This document shows positions 20,229-30,674 of a stretch of DNA of 64,000 bases, one piece after another (position 1 is the first letter of the stretch; each line of letters begins with the position of its first letter). Origin of the DNA: Thermoanaerobaculia bacterium (GTDB lineage: Bacteria; Acidobacteriota; Thermoanaerobaculia; UBA5066). The DNA lies in NCBI GenBank assembly GCA_038245905.1, contig JBBRRY010000010.1, forward strand, positions 24,325-88,324, given 5' to 3'. A program made the position numbers and the translations under genes. The notes beneath the pieces are model-generated. The model was not told the origin of the DNA. It ran no database searches and saw only the letters and a program-made list of their open reading frames with translations.

Positions 20229-20957
20229 CTAGAGGCCGGAGGGCTCGGGTGCGCCGGAGCTTTCGACAGGCTCGATCGTCGTCCGGGACACGAGATCCGC
20301 GAGCGTCCGGCCGCGCCGATCGAAGGCGGCGACAAGAAGGGGCACGCCCGCGAGCGCTCCGGTCAGAAGGAAGCCGACGAAGCGCAGGAATGCGGCCACC
20401 AGCGTTGGGGAGCCGCCGTCCTCGGCTCGTATCCTGAGATCGGCGAGAGCCATGCCGGGCGTCGTGCCCCAGACGAAAGGGGCGAGCACGAGGAGCACGA
20501 GCGCGGCCAGAAGGAGAAAGGCCGCGAGCGGGACGAAAGCGGGCGGTGGGAAGCGGAGGTCCAGGAGGAGCGCCCCGGCCGCGAGCTCCACGGCGCCCAC
20601 GAGCGCGAGGATGAGCAGGTCGGCGAGGCCCGCCGCCACGCGCCGCGCGAACGCGACCGCCCGCGGCTCGTCGGTGTCTGCGTCAGGAGGCGGTTCGCGG
20701 AAAGAGGACGCTGCCGGACCCGCCCGTTCGCGCGGTGTCGCCTCGGGAAGGGACGCGGCGAGAGAAGCCGGGGAAGGCGGAGGGGGCAAGACCGCCGCGT
20801 CCGCGCGCGAAGGCGGTGCGGCTCTTTCCTGGAGACCGATCGGCGTCTCGGAGACCGCCGGAAACAGCTCGAGTGTCGCGCGCGCTCCCGAGCGCCGCCT
20901 GGACGCGTCGGGGGCGATGGGGTGTTCGGCGAGCGGGTCGCGAGGCGGCTCGGACAT
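20229..20957 (-). CDS. RDD family membrane protein
   Basis: RRVAAGLAD, GTTPGM, LR, RTLADLVSRT. Confidence 0.75.
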   Translation of the reverse strand: MSEPPRDPLAEHPIAPDASRRRSGARATLELFPAVSETPIGLQERAAPPSRADAAVLPPPPSPASLAASLPEATPRERAGPAASSFREPPPDADTDEPRAVAFARRVAAGLADLLILALVGAVELAAGALLLDLRFPPPAFVPLAAFLLLAALVLLVLAPFVWGTTPGMALADLRIRAEDGGSPTLVAAFLRFVGFLLTGALAGVPLLVAAFDRRGRTLADLVSRTTIEPVESSGAPEPSGL

Positions 20958-20969
20958 GCGTGTCCGGGC

Positions 20970-22907
20970 TCAGGGCCTAAGCGTGAGGTGCTTGATGAGA
21001 ATCCGTGAGAGGAGGTCGGTAGCGCCCTTCGGGTACTTGCGGGCGAAACGCAGGAGGCGCTGCGCCTCGGCGTCTCCCGGCCGGAGGTCGGTCGCCTCCT
21101 TGACGGCGGTCGTGGCCTTCGGAATGTTGCCCGCCTGGAAACTCTGCACGGCGAGGTTGTAGTACGCGTTCACGAGGTACTCCTCGACGTCCTGGTTTTT
21201 CGCGTCTCCCCGGCGGAGCTCCCAGAGGAGCTTGATCGCGCTGTCGTAGTCGTACTCGTTGTAGGATTTCGAGGCGCTGCGCAGAGCCTCGACCTGCTCG
21301 TGCGCCCGCTGCGCGGCGGCGGCCGCCTCGACGTCCTGGGGGCGCGCCTTCACGACGGGATCCAGGTTCTTTAGGGCGTCGATGTATCGGCTCCCTGCCA
21401 TTGCGGTGAAGCCGGCCACCCGCATTTCGTCGAGGGCGGCGGCGCTCGGAGGAGCCGGTCCGGGGGTCGGCGCCGCCGAGGACTTCATCTTCTCGATCCT
21501 CACGAGCGCTTCGTTGTGCCGTGGGTCCGACTCGGGCAGCTTCGCGAGGACGCCGATCGCCTCGTCGATCTTGCCCGCATTGAAGAGCGCCTCGGCCTTC
21601 TGAAACGTGTCCTCGAGGGGCGCCGTGCTGCCGCCGGGCCCGCCCTTGGCGGGGGTGGCGGCAGCGTTCACGGGGCGGGCGGCTGGCTTTTTCTTCAGGA
21701 ACAGGTACGTGCCGCCGGCGACCGCGGCGAGAGCGACGACCGCGCCGGCGATGAGGACGCGGAGGTCGACCCGGGTCTTTCGGCTCGTGGCTTGAGGCTG
21801 AACGCCCTCCCCGCCCGGCGCGAATCCTTCGGAGTCCGGCTGAAATCCGCGCTTGACGCCGGAATCGTCCGCGAAGGAGGGCGGGGCCGGGGCTTCGATC
21901 TCATTCTTCATGAAGTCGGAGTCGCCGGCGCTGGCTGGCAGGGGCTCGGAGGATCCCCCCGCGGTCGCCAGGGCTGCCTCGATCTGGTTGAGATAGCCGC
22001 GCGCGGTGGCGTCGTGTTCGGAGGCGGCAAGCACGTCGAGGAATTTGTTGCGTGCTCCCGCGAGGTCGCCGGCCTCGTACGACTGGACGCCTTCGGAAAG
22101 CAGGAGATCGATCTTCCGGGCGGACTCGGCCTGCGTCTCGCGCGCCGAGTCGATGCGGCGGCTCGCCTCTTCGTTGGAGAGGTCGATGAGAAAGACCCGG
22201 CTCCAGAGGTCGATAGCCTCCTGGGCATTGCCGCGCGCGAGAGCCTCGTCGCCCTGCTTGAGGAACTGTGTGATGCGGGGGTCGGTCTGCACGCCCGACG
22301 TGGGGCGGGTGGGGGCCGCGGGGCCCGGCACCGCGGGCGCGGCCGCGGCTGCCGCGGGAGCTCGAGGAGGAACCGAAGCCGGCGCCGCAACTGCGCCCAG
22401 CGCGCCGGGGCCGCCGGCGGGCAAGCTCATGCGCAGGTCGTCGAGACCGATCCCGAACGGGTCGCCCCCGGGCGCTGTGGGCGCGACGGCCCTGGGAGCG
22501 ATCACGGACGGAGGAGCCTCGGGAAGTCCGGTACCGGACGACGCCTCGTCGCCGAAGACGAGATCGTCGAGGCCGGGCGCGGACACCGCGGCCGAAGGCG
22601 GGGGGGATGGGAACGCATCGGGTAAGTCATGCGCCGGCTCGGAGAGGGCCTCTCCCGCGCTTTCGACGCCGAGGTAGTCGGAGAACCGGTCGACGTCGAC
22701 CCGTGTTCCCGGACCCACGCCGCGCAGTATTTCGAGGAGCGAGCGCGCGGGCGCGAAGCGCGCGTCCATCTTGAGCAGGAAGTCGCAGCCGAGCAAGGCC
22801 TCTTCGTTCTTGCCTGCCTGGGCGAGCGCCAGCGTGTGTCGGAACGTCTGGAGGACCTTTTCCCGTGCGTCGGGAGCGAGAGCGGGGCTTCCCGCGTAGG
22901 AATTCAT
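20970..22907 (-). CDS. Membrane-anchored TPR-repeat protein
   Basis: Several TPR-like helices, Pro-rich linkers, central TM (VLIAGAVVALAAVAGGTYLFL). Confidence 0.7.
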   Translation of the reverse strand: MNSYAGSPALAPDAREKVLQTFRHTLALAQAGKNEEALLGCDFLLKMDARFAPARSLLEILRGVGPGTRVDVDRFSDYLGVESAGEALSEPAHDLPDAFPSPPPSAAVSAPGLDDLVFGDEASSGTGLPEAPPSVIAPRAVAPTAPGGDPFGIGLDDLRMSLPAGGPGALGAVAAPASVPPRAPAAAAAAPAVPGPAAPTRPTSGVQTDPRITQFLKQGDEALARGNAQEAIDLWSRVFLIDLSNEEASRRIDSARETQAESARKIDLLLSEGVQSYEAGDLAGARNKFLDVLAASEHDATARGYLNQIEAALATAGGSSEPLPASAGDSDFMKNEIEAPAPPSFADDSGVKRGFQPDSEGFAPGGEGVQPQATSRKTRVDLRVLIAGAVVALAAVAGGTYLFLKKKPAARPVNAAATPAKGGPGGSTAPLEDTFQKAEALFNAGKIDEAIGVLAKLPESDPRHNEALVRIEKMKSSAAPTPGPAPPSAAALDEMRVAGFTAMAGSRYIDALKNLDPVVKARPQDVEAAAAAQRAHEQVEALRSASKSYNEYDYDSAIKLLWELRRGDAKNQDVEEYLVNAYYNLAVQSFQAGNIPKATTAVKEATDLRPGDAEAQRLLRFARKYPKGATDLLSRILIKHLTLRP

Positions 22908-22976
22908 TGTGCTGAATGCTAGCAAGAACGGCCCGCGTTGGCCCGCGGTCGGATACGATTCGTCCGGGGAGGGTCG

Positions 22977-23885
22977 ATGGCCGCCTTGATCGAGTGCATT
23001 CCCAACGTGAGCGAAGGTCGCCGCGACGACGTCATCGCCTCACTTATAGAGGCCGTCCGGAGTGCTGCTCCGGGCGTCGTTCTCCTCGATCGCACCTCGG
23101 ATGCCGACCACAATCGCACGGTCCTCACGTTCCTCGGGGAGGGCGAAGCGCTCGTCGCCGCGATGACGGTGCTCGTCGGGGCCGCGCTGGCCGCGATCGA
23201 CCTCCGGAAGCACGCGGGCGCCCATCCGCGCCTTGGCGCCGTGGACGTGATCCCGTTCGTGCCCGTGCGCGGCGCCACGACGGCGGACTGCGTGGCCCTC
23301 GCGAAAACGCTCGGGAAAACGCTCGCCGATCGCTATGGACTGCCCGTGTATCTCTACGAAGACGCGGCCTCCCGCCCCGACCGCCAGAACCTCGCGAACA
23401 TCCGCAAGGGAGAGTTCGAGGGCCTCGCGGCGAAAATGGCGGATCCGGCCTGGGCGCCGGACTTCGGCCCGAGCGCCCCGCACCCCTCCGGCGGCGCGAC
23501 GGTGGTGGGCGCGCGCGCCCCGCTCGTCGCCTACAACATCAACCTGGGCACGGCCGATCTCGCGGTCGCCGACCGCATCGCGAAGGCGATCCGGCATCTC
23601 TCGGGCGGCTACCGTTACGTGAAGGCGATGGGCGTGAAGCTCGAGGCGCGAGGCCAGGTGCAGGTCTCGATCAACATGACGAACTTCGAGAAGACCCCGC
23701 TCCACCGCGTCTTCGAGACGGTGAGGTCCGAAGCCGAGCGCCAGGGCGTCGCGGTCGTCGGGTCGGAGATCGTGGGCCTCGTTCCGCAGGCCGCGCTCCT
23801 CGCGGTGGCGGGCCACTACCTCAGGCTCGAGGCCGATCCCGCGCCCCAGGTGCTCGAGAACAAGCTGCTCGAGAGGCTCTCGTGA
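22977..23885 (+). CDS. ftcD: Glutamate formimidoyltransferase (stand-alone FT domain)
   Basis: IECIPNVSEGRR, DADHNRTV, HPRLGAVDVIPFVP, IRKGEFEG, QVSINM, SEIVGLVP. Confidence 0.92.
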   Translation: MAALIECIPNVSEGRRDDVIASLIEAVRSAAPGVVLLDRTSDADHNRTVLTFLGEGEALVAAMTVLVGAALAAIDLRKHAGAHPRLGAVDVIPFVPVRGATTADCVALAKTLGKTLADRYGLPVYLYEDAASRPDRQNLANIRKGEFEGLAAKMADPAWAPDFGPSAPHPSGGATVVGARAPLVAYNINLGTADLAVADRIAKAIRHLSGGYRYVKAMGVKLEARGQVQVSINMTNFEKTPLHRVFETVRSEAERQGVAVVGSEIVGLVPQAALLAVAGHYLRLEADPAPQVLENKLLERLS

Positions 23886-25330
23886 AGCGCGCCGCCGTTC
23901 TGCTCCTGGCGGCGGTGTTCCTCGCGGCGGCGTTCCTCGTCGGGCCGCTCCTCGCGGGGCCGCTCGGGGGCGTGCCGCTTCTTCTCACCAACGGTATGCG
24001 GGCGGACCTCGAATCGCTGGTCACGGCCGCGAAGGCGACGGACGGCGCGTACGAGGCGATCCGCGAGCTCCTCGAGGCGGCGGGCCCGCGTCTCGCGGGC
24101 TCGCCGGGGGACGCCCGCGCCGTCGAGTGGGCCGAGGCGGCGCTCAAAGCGCGCGGCTTTTCAAACGTCCACACGGAGCCCGTGACGGCGCCGCACTGGG
24201 AGCGCGGCGAGGAGAGCGGGGAACTCCTCCTCCCGATTCCGCTCCGTCTCTCCCTGTGCGCGCTCGGCGGGAGCGTCGGGACCTCGCCGGAAGGCGTTGA
24301 AGCCGACGTGGTCGAGGCGACGTCCCTCGAAGCCGTCGACGCCCTCGGCGAGAAGGCGAAGGGGAAGATCGTCTTCATCTGGCAGGTCATGGAACGCGCC
24401 GCGACGGGCGGCGGCTACGGCGCGACCGTGCCGATCCGGTCGAACGGTGCCTCCCGAGCCGCGAAGGTCGGTGCCGTGGCCGTTCTCATCCGGTCGGTCG
24501 GCACGTCGAACGCGCGATTCCCGCACACGGGAGCGTTTCGGTACGACGAGAACATCCCGAAGATCCCCGCGGCCGCGCTCGCCGTGCCGGATGCGGACCT
24601 CCTGCACTCCTATCTCGTGAAGGGCAAGCGCGTGCGCGTGCGGATGAGCCTCGGTGCGCGGAGGCTCCCGGACGTCGAGACGGCGAACGTCATCGGCGAG
24701 ATCCCCGGGCGCGAGAAGCTCGGGGAGGTTGTCCTCGTGGGCGGCCACCTCGACTCGTGGGACCTCGGGATGGGCGCCATCGACGACGGTGCGGGCTGTG
24801 GGATCTCGATCGAGGCCGTGCGGCTGATCGGGAAACTCCCGAAACGGCCGCGCCGGACGATTCGCGTCGTCCTCTTCGCGAACGAGGAGAACGGCCTCGC
24901 GGGCGGCCGGGCGTACGCGAAGGTGCACGCGGCCGAGCTCGCGCGGCACGTCGCGGCCGTCGAGGTGGACGGAGGCTCCGGCCGGGCGCATGGCTTCGGC
25001 TGGACCGCGGGCCCGACCGCGGCGCCGCTCATGGCGGAGCTCGGCGCGTTCCTCGCGCCCTTCGGCTGGGGCGAAGCGAAGAAGGATGGCGGCGGAGCCG
25101 ACGTCGGGCCTCTCCGCGCGGCCGGCGTCCCGCTCTTTTCGCCGAGCCAGGACATGGCGCATTACTTCGACCTCCACCACACGGCGGATGACACCTTCGA
25201 CAAAATCGACCGCGAGGAGCTCAACACGAACGTCGCGACGGTCGCGGCGCTCCTCTACACGCTTGCCGAGGCCGAGACGCCGCCCGAGCGAATTCCCGAG
25301 GCCGAGCGGGTCGAGCGGCGAGGACGGTAG
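23882..25330 (+). CDS. Secreted M28 family peptidase (carboxypeptidase Q-like, PA domain)
   Basis: GPRLAGS, GHLDSWDLGMGAIDDGAG, NEENG, YFDLHHTADD. Confidence 0.88.
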   Translation: MKRAAVLLLAAVFLAAAFLVGPLLAGPLGGVPLLLTNGMRADLESLVTAAKATDGAYEAIRELLEAAGPRLAGSPGDARAVEWAEAALKARGFSNVHTEPVTAPHWERGEESGELLLPIPLRLSLCALGGSVGTSPEGVEADVVEATSLEAVDALGEKAKGKIVFIWQVMERAATGGGYGATVPIRSNGASRAAKVGAVAVLIRSVGTSNARFPHTGAFRYDENIPKIPAAALAVPDADLLHSYLVKGKRVRVRMSLGARRLPDVETANVIGEIPGREKLGEVVLVGGHLDSWDLGMGAIDDGAGCGISIEAVRLIGKLPKRPRRTIRVVLFANEENGLAGGRAYAKVHAAELARHVAAVEVDGGSGRAHGFGWTAGPTAAPLMAELGAFLAPFGWGEAKKDGGGADVGPLRAAGVPLFSPSQDMAHYFDLHHTADDTFDKIDREELNTNVATVAALLYTLAEAETPPERIPEAERVERRGR

Positions 25331-25346
25331 GCGTCGCCAGGCGGCC

Positions 25347-26753
<1,407 letters not shown>

Positions 26754-26768
26754 GGCGTCGTCATGCCC

Positions 26769-28958
26769 TCATGCGGCCGGCCATTCGAGCAGGAAGCGGC
26801 ATCCATGGGGAACATTCTCCTCCACGCGCACGCGACCAGCGTGCTCGGAAGCGATGCGCGCGACGATCGCGAGGCCGAGGCCGGAGCCGCGGGCCTTCGT
26901 GGAATAGGCGGGATCGAAGACGCGGCTCCGCTCCGCTTCGGGAATGCCCGGACCCTCGTCCTCGACGATGAGGCGTGCGTTTCCGCCCGCCACGACGGCG
27001 GCGATCCTCACGCGGCCGCCTCCGGGAGTCGCGGCGATCGCGTTGTCCACGAGATTGATGAGAGCGCGTTTCACCTGCTCGGCGTCCGCCCGGACGAGCG
27101 GAAGGCCGTCCGGGATCTCGGCCGCAACCGTCACCCCCCTCTTCACGTCCGCGTACAGCTTCGCCACCTGAGAGACGACCGCGCCGAGGTCCGTCGGGGC
27201 GAGATCGGCCGCCGGCAGGCGCGCGAATCGCCCGAAGGTGTCGACGAGAGAGGCGAGCGTGGTGACCTCCTCGATGATGGTGGAGGCGCCCTCGTCGACG
27301 ACCGCGGCGAGGAGCGTGGGATCGTCCCCGCCGCGGGCGCGCCGGCGCATGCGCTCGGCGGCGAGGCGGATGGGTGTGAGCGGGTTCTTGATCTCGTGGG
27401 CCATGCGGCGCGCCGCTTCCTCCCACGCTGCTGCCCGCTCGGCCGCGACGAGCGCGGTCGTGTCCTCGAGCGTCACGACCCAGGCGCCGGCGTCGGCCGA
27501 GCCGGCGGGGACCTGCGTCACGCGGGCTTCGAGGACGCGGAGGCCGATCTTCAGCGTCGCCTCGCGCGCGGCCGCTGCCCCGCGCGCGCGAGCGAGAAAC
27601 TCGGCCAGAGGTGCGAGGGCCGGTGCGGCGAAGAGGTCCTGCGCGCGGGTGAACGGCGTCTCCTCCTCGTGGCCGAGCAGGCGCCGTGCCGTCTCGTTGA
27701 GGAAGAACAGTGTGCCGTCGTCGCCAAAGGCGACGACTCCAGCGTCGAGGCGGGCGAGAATCGTCCGCACGCGGCGGCGCTCCTCGTCGACGCGCTGATT
27801 CGTCGCGGCCATCTCGGCGTTCGCCGCGACCAGTTCGCTGCGGCTCTTGCGCAGCTCCGAGGTCATCGCGTTGAAGGCGCGCGAAAGGGCGGAAATCTCG
27901 TCGCCGCCCTCGACTTCCACGAGCGCGTCGAAGTCGCCCGCTCCGACACGCCGGGCCGACGCGGCCAGCGCCGCGATGGGACGCGTCACGCGGTGGGCGA
28001 GGAGCAGTCCCACCCAGACGGCGGCGAGGAGGACGAGGAGCGCGAGGAGAAGGAAGAAGAGAACCTGCACGGCTTCGAGCTGCGCGCGCTCGGCCTTCAG
28101 CATCGCGTAGGCGGATGTCGCGCGGGAGAGCTGGCGCAGCGGCTCGGCCTCTGCGGGCGGGTCGAACGTGCCGACGACGAGCAGCCCGGAGGGCAAGAAC
28201 ACCACCGTGCGGGCTACCTGTCCGCCGTCATGAATGGCCTCGAGCCGCCTCGCGAGGCCGCGCGCCTTCGCGTCCTCCAGCCACTCGGCTCCGGGGTCGT
28301 GCACGTCGCGGAGCGGCCAGCGGGTGGCGCTGACGGCAACGGGCGGCAGGCCTGGGCGCCTCCACTCGATCAGGTCGACGCCCGATTCCTCGCGCGCGGC
28401 CGAAAGGAGCGGGAGGACTCCGCTCTCGCTGGCGGCGGCGAGCCGGGGTGCGAGGCGCTCGGCGGTCCTGCGCTCGAGTGCCGCCGAGCGCGCACGGAAG
28501 AGGTCCGCGACCTCCCGCCCGGCGCGCACGGTCTCCTCCACGGGCGGCGCGAACCAGCGCTCGACGCTCTTCTGCAGGAGGCCGGTCGTGGGGAGGACGA
28601 GGAGGGAGATGGGAAGAAGCGCGAGACCGACGTACGAGGCGACCACACGAACGCGGAAGCGCGAGCCGAAGACGCCGCGTCGCGATTCGAGAATGAGCTT
28701 CGCCATGCTCCTCACGAGCACGAAGGCAAGCGCGAGGATGAGGACGACGACGATGTAAAAGAGGACGAAGAGGAGGACGCGGTTCGTCGCCGCGACGGGT
28801 GCGAGATCGCGCGTGCGGAGGACGACGGCGTAGCCGCCCGCGAGCGCGGCGCCGAGGGCGAGCGCGATCGCGGCAAGAATCCTGTTGTCGCGCGCCCAGC
28901 GCCGCCGCGGCGCCGCGGGCGGAGACGAGTCGTTCAACGAGCGCCGGTCGCCGTCCAC
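26769..28958 (-). CDS. HAMP/PAS sensor histidine kinase (NtrY-like)
   Basis: TMs, HAMP (DEISALSRAFNAM), W.EAARRMAHEIKNPLTPI, NLVDNA, DEGPG, GSGLGLAI. Confidence 0.9.
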   Translation of the reverse strand: MDGDRRSLNDSSPPAAPRRRWARDNRILAAIALALGAALAGGYAVVLRTRDLAPVAATNRVLLFVLFYIVVVLILALAFVLVRSMAKLILESRRGVFGSRFRVRVVASYVGLALLPISLLVLPTTGLLQKSVERWFAPPVEETVRAGREVADLFRARSAALERRTAERLAPRLAAASESGVLPLLSAAREESGVDLIEWRRPGLPPVAVSATRWPLRDVHDPGAEWLEDAKARGLARRLEAIHDGGQVARTVVFLPSGLLVVGTFDPPAEAEPLRQLSRATSAYAMLKAERAQLEAVQVLFFLLLALLVLLAAVWVGLLLAHRVTRPIAALAASARRVGAGDFDALVEVEGGDEISALSRAFNAMTSELRKSRSELVAANAEMAATNQRVDEERRRVRTILARLDAGVVAFGDDGTLFFLNETARRLLGHEEETPFTRAQDLFAAPALAPLAEFLARARGAAAAREATLKIGLRVLEARVTQVPAGSADAGAWVVTLEDTTALVAAERAAAWEEAARRMAHEIKNPLTPIRLAAERMRRRARGGDDPTLLAAVVDEGASTIIEEVTTLASLVDTFGRFARLPAADLAPTDLGAVVSQVAKLYADVKRGVTVAAEIPDGLPLVRADAEQVKRALINLVDNAIAATPGGGRVRIAAVVAGGNARLIVEDEGPGIPEAERSRVFDPAYSTKARGSGLGLAIVARIASEHAGRVRVEENVPHGCRFLLEWPAA

Positions 28959-29503
28959 TCGAAGATCCCCGACCGCACCCAGGCGGTCTCGGCGCTCGTC
29001 GGAATCACCCCGAGCGCGACGCCGCTCCCATAGAGGCAGCGCACGCGGACCAGGAGCTTCTTTCCGAGCAGGTGATCACCCATCGTGAAGGACGGCAGGC
29101 CAGGCACTCTCGCGAGCGCCGCGGCTGCTTCGTCGCGCGTCGGGACGACCCTCGTATCCAGCAGCCGGGCGTCGAGCCGGCGCTCGACCGCGTAGTCGGA
29201 CGTGACCGGCCGGTAGGTGGCCGTCACGGCATAGCGACGCTCGTCCTTGAGACTGTCGAACCAGAGGTTTCGGAAGACGAAGAGACGCATTTCCCAGGCG
29301 ACGGTCGTGGGAAGTCCGGATGCGAGACGCTGTAGGACGTCCTCGGGCAGTGCAGGAGAGAGGTGTGCGTCGACGTGGAGGTCGAGGCCGGCAACCCACG
29401 TCGAGACGCCCGGGATGACCGGCCCGTCTTCCGCGACGAGGCCGTGGGCCGTGTTCGCCCAGGCGAAGAGAGCGGCCAGAAGGAGGAAGGCGCGTGTCCG
29501 CAC
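28934..29503 (-). CDS. DUF4390-like exported protein
   Basis: Signal peptide, L.SGLP...W.D...Y.PVT..Y pattern; position upstream of ntrY is typical. Confidence 0.65.
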   Translation of the reverse strand: MRTRAFLLLAALFAWANTAHGLVAEDGPVIPGVSTWVAGLDLHVDAHLSPALPEDVLQRLASGLPTTVAWEMRLFVFRNLWFDSLKDERRYAVTATYRPVTSDYAVERRLDARLLDTRVVPTRDEAAAALARVPGLPSFTMGDHLLGKKLLVRVRCLYGSGVALGVIPTSAETAWVRSGIFEWTATGAR

Positions 29504-29534
29504 CCCCGGACTTTAGCGGTTCGGCGTTTTTGGG

Positions 29535-30482
29535 TCAGATCCGCGCGGCCTGGGCGGCCGGGCGCGCCCGCGCGGACCGCCGGGGGGCCGCAAATGCGGC
29601 GCGAGCCCCGTCGAGCGATTCTTCACGCATGTCTCCGCGCAATTCTCTCTGCTCTCTCTGCATTTCCTCGCGGAGCAGGCGCGCGAGCATCGCGTGCATC
29701 GCATGTCCGGCCTTGTGCGCGACGACGTGGCCGACCACGGGGCGGCCCACCAGGGCGAGATCTCCGAGCAGGTCGAGCGCCTTGTGGCGCACGAACTCGT
29801 CGGCGAACCGGAGATCACCGTTCTCGACGCGGTCGCCGCCCACCACGATGCAGTTGTCTTCCCGGGCGCCGCGGGCGAGGCCGTGGGCCTTGAGCGCCTC
29901 GTATTCCGAGAGGAAACCGAATGTGCGGGCCGGCGCCAGGTGCGCGGTGTAGGAGCCGGGCGTGAGAACGAGCGTGATCGACTGCCGCCCGACGGCGGGA
30001 TTCGGGAAGTCGATCGTGTACGTCACACGCAGGTCTCTCGCCGGGCGGATCTCGAGCTTCCTGCCGCCCGAATCGGGAACGGCGACGACCCGCGACGGGG
30101 CGAAGGGAATGGCGAGAGCGTCCTGCGCGACGAGGCCCGCAGTCTCGAACGCGTCGAGCCAGGGCAGCGCGCTGCCGTCGAGAATGGGCACTTCGGGGCC
30201 GTCGACCTCCACGAGGATGTTGTCGAGACCCGCTCCTACGGCGGCCGAGAGCAGATGCTCGACGGTTGTCACGTCGCGGCCGCGCTCGCCGAGCGTCGTC
30301 GCGTGGTCGAAACGCCCGGCCTCCTCGGCGATGGCGGGGACGAAAGAATCGACGTCGGACCGGTAGAAGACGATCCCGTGGTCCGGAGCCGCCGGATGCA
30401 GGACGACGTGGACGTGTCGACCCGAATGAAGCCCGATTCCCGCGAGTCTCACGCGCCGGGCGAGAGTGTTCTGTGAGCGCAT
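29535..30482 (-). CDS. lpxC: UDP-3-O-acyl-GlcNAc deacetylase
   Basis: MRSQNTL...GIGLHSG, TVEHLLSA, EVPILDGSA, ARTFGF, HKALDLLGDL, GH. Start set at ATG 30482. Confidence 0.93.
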   Translation of the reverse strand: MRSQNTLARRVRLAGIGLHSGRHVHVVLHPAAPDHGIVFYRSDVDSFVPAIAEEAGRFDHATTLGERGRDVTTVEHLLSAAVGAGLDNILVEVDGPEVPILDGSALPWLDAFETAGLVAQDALAIPFAPSRVVAVPDSGGRKLEIRPARDLRVTYTIDFPNPAVGRQSITLVLTPGSYTAHLAPARTFGFLSEYEALKAHGLARGAREDNCIVVGGDRVENGDLRFADEFVRHKALDLLGDLALVGRPVVGHVVAHKAGHAMHAMLARLLREEMQREQRELRGDMREESLDGARAAFAAPRRSARARPAAQAARI

Positions 30483-30494
30483 TCGAATGCCGGT

Positions 30495-30511
30495 TTGCAT
30501 GGCGGATGCCA
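30495..30511 (-). promoter_or_regulatory. Putative sigma-54 (-24/-12) promoter of lpxC
   Basis: Minus strand TGGCATCCGCCATGCAA (GG-N10-GC); predicted +1 near 30485, just before the ATG at 30482. Confidence 0.6.
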
Positions 30512-30674
30512 TCGCGTACCGTCCTGTTTCCCTGCGTTTTCGGAGGGGACGGCCTCCCGCCGGGACGGAGGGTGTGGCGGAGCCCCCTCACCTGCGGCTT
30601 TTCGGTCACACCGGCCGCCGGGCCGGCGCGTGCAGAATCGCGGCTGCTATTCTCTTCCTGATCCGGAGGCAGCC

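Noticed and set aside
9313-25330. Apparent long N-terminal extensions or fusions in the ORF track (9313-11544, 13276-15045, 16372-18156, 17828-19318, 22916-25330; likewise 36149-39121 and 54405-55460)
   Set aside because: Family homology starts at internal start codons that overlap upstream stops; the extensions are out-of-frame readings of neighbouring genes.
30513-30670. Structured ncRNA between lpxC and the HD-GYP gene
   Set aside because: GC-rich hairpin potential only; no family motif recognised, and the region is explained as a divergent promoter.
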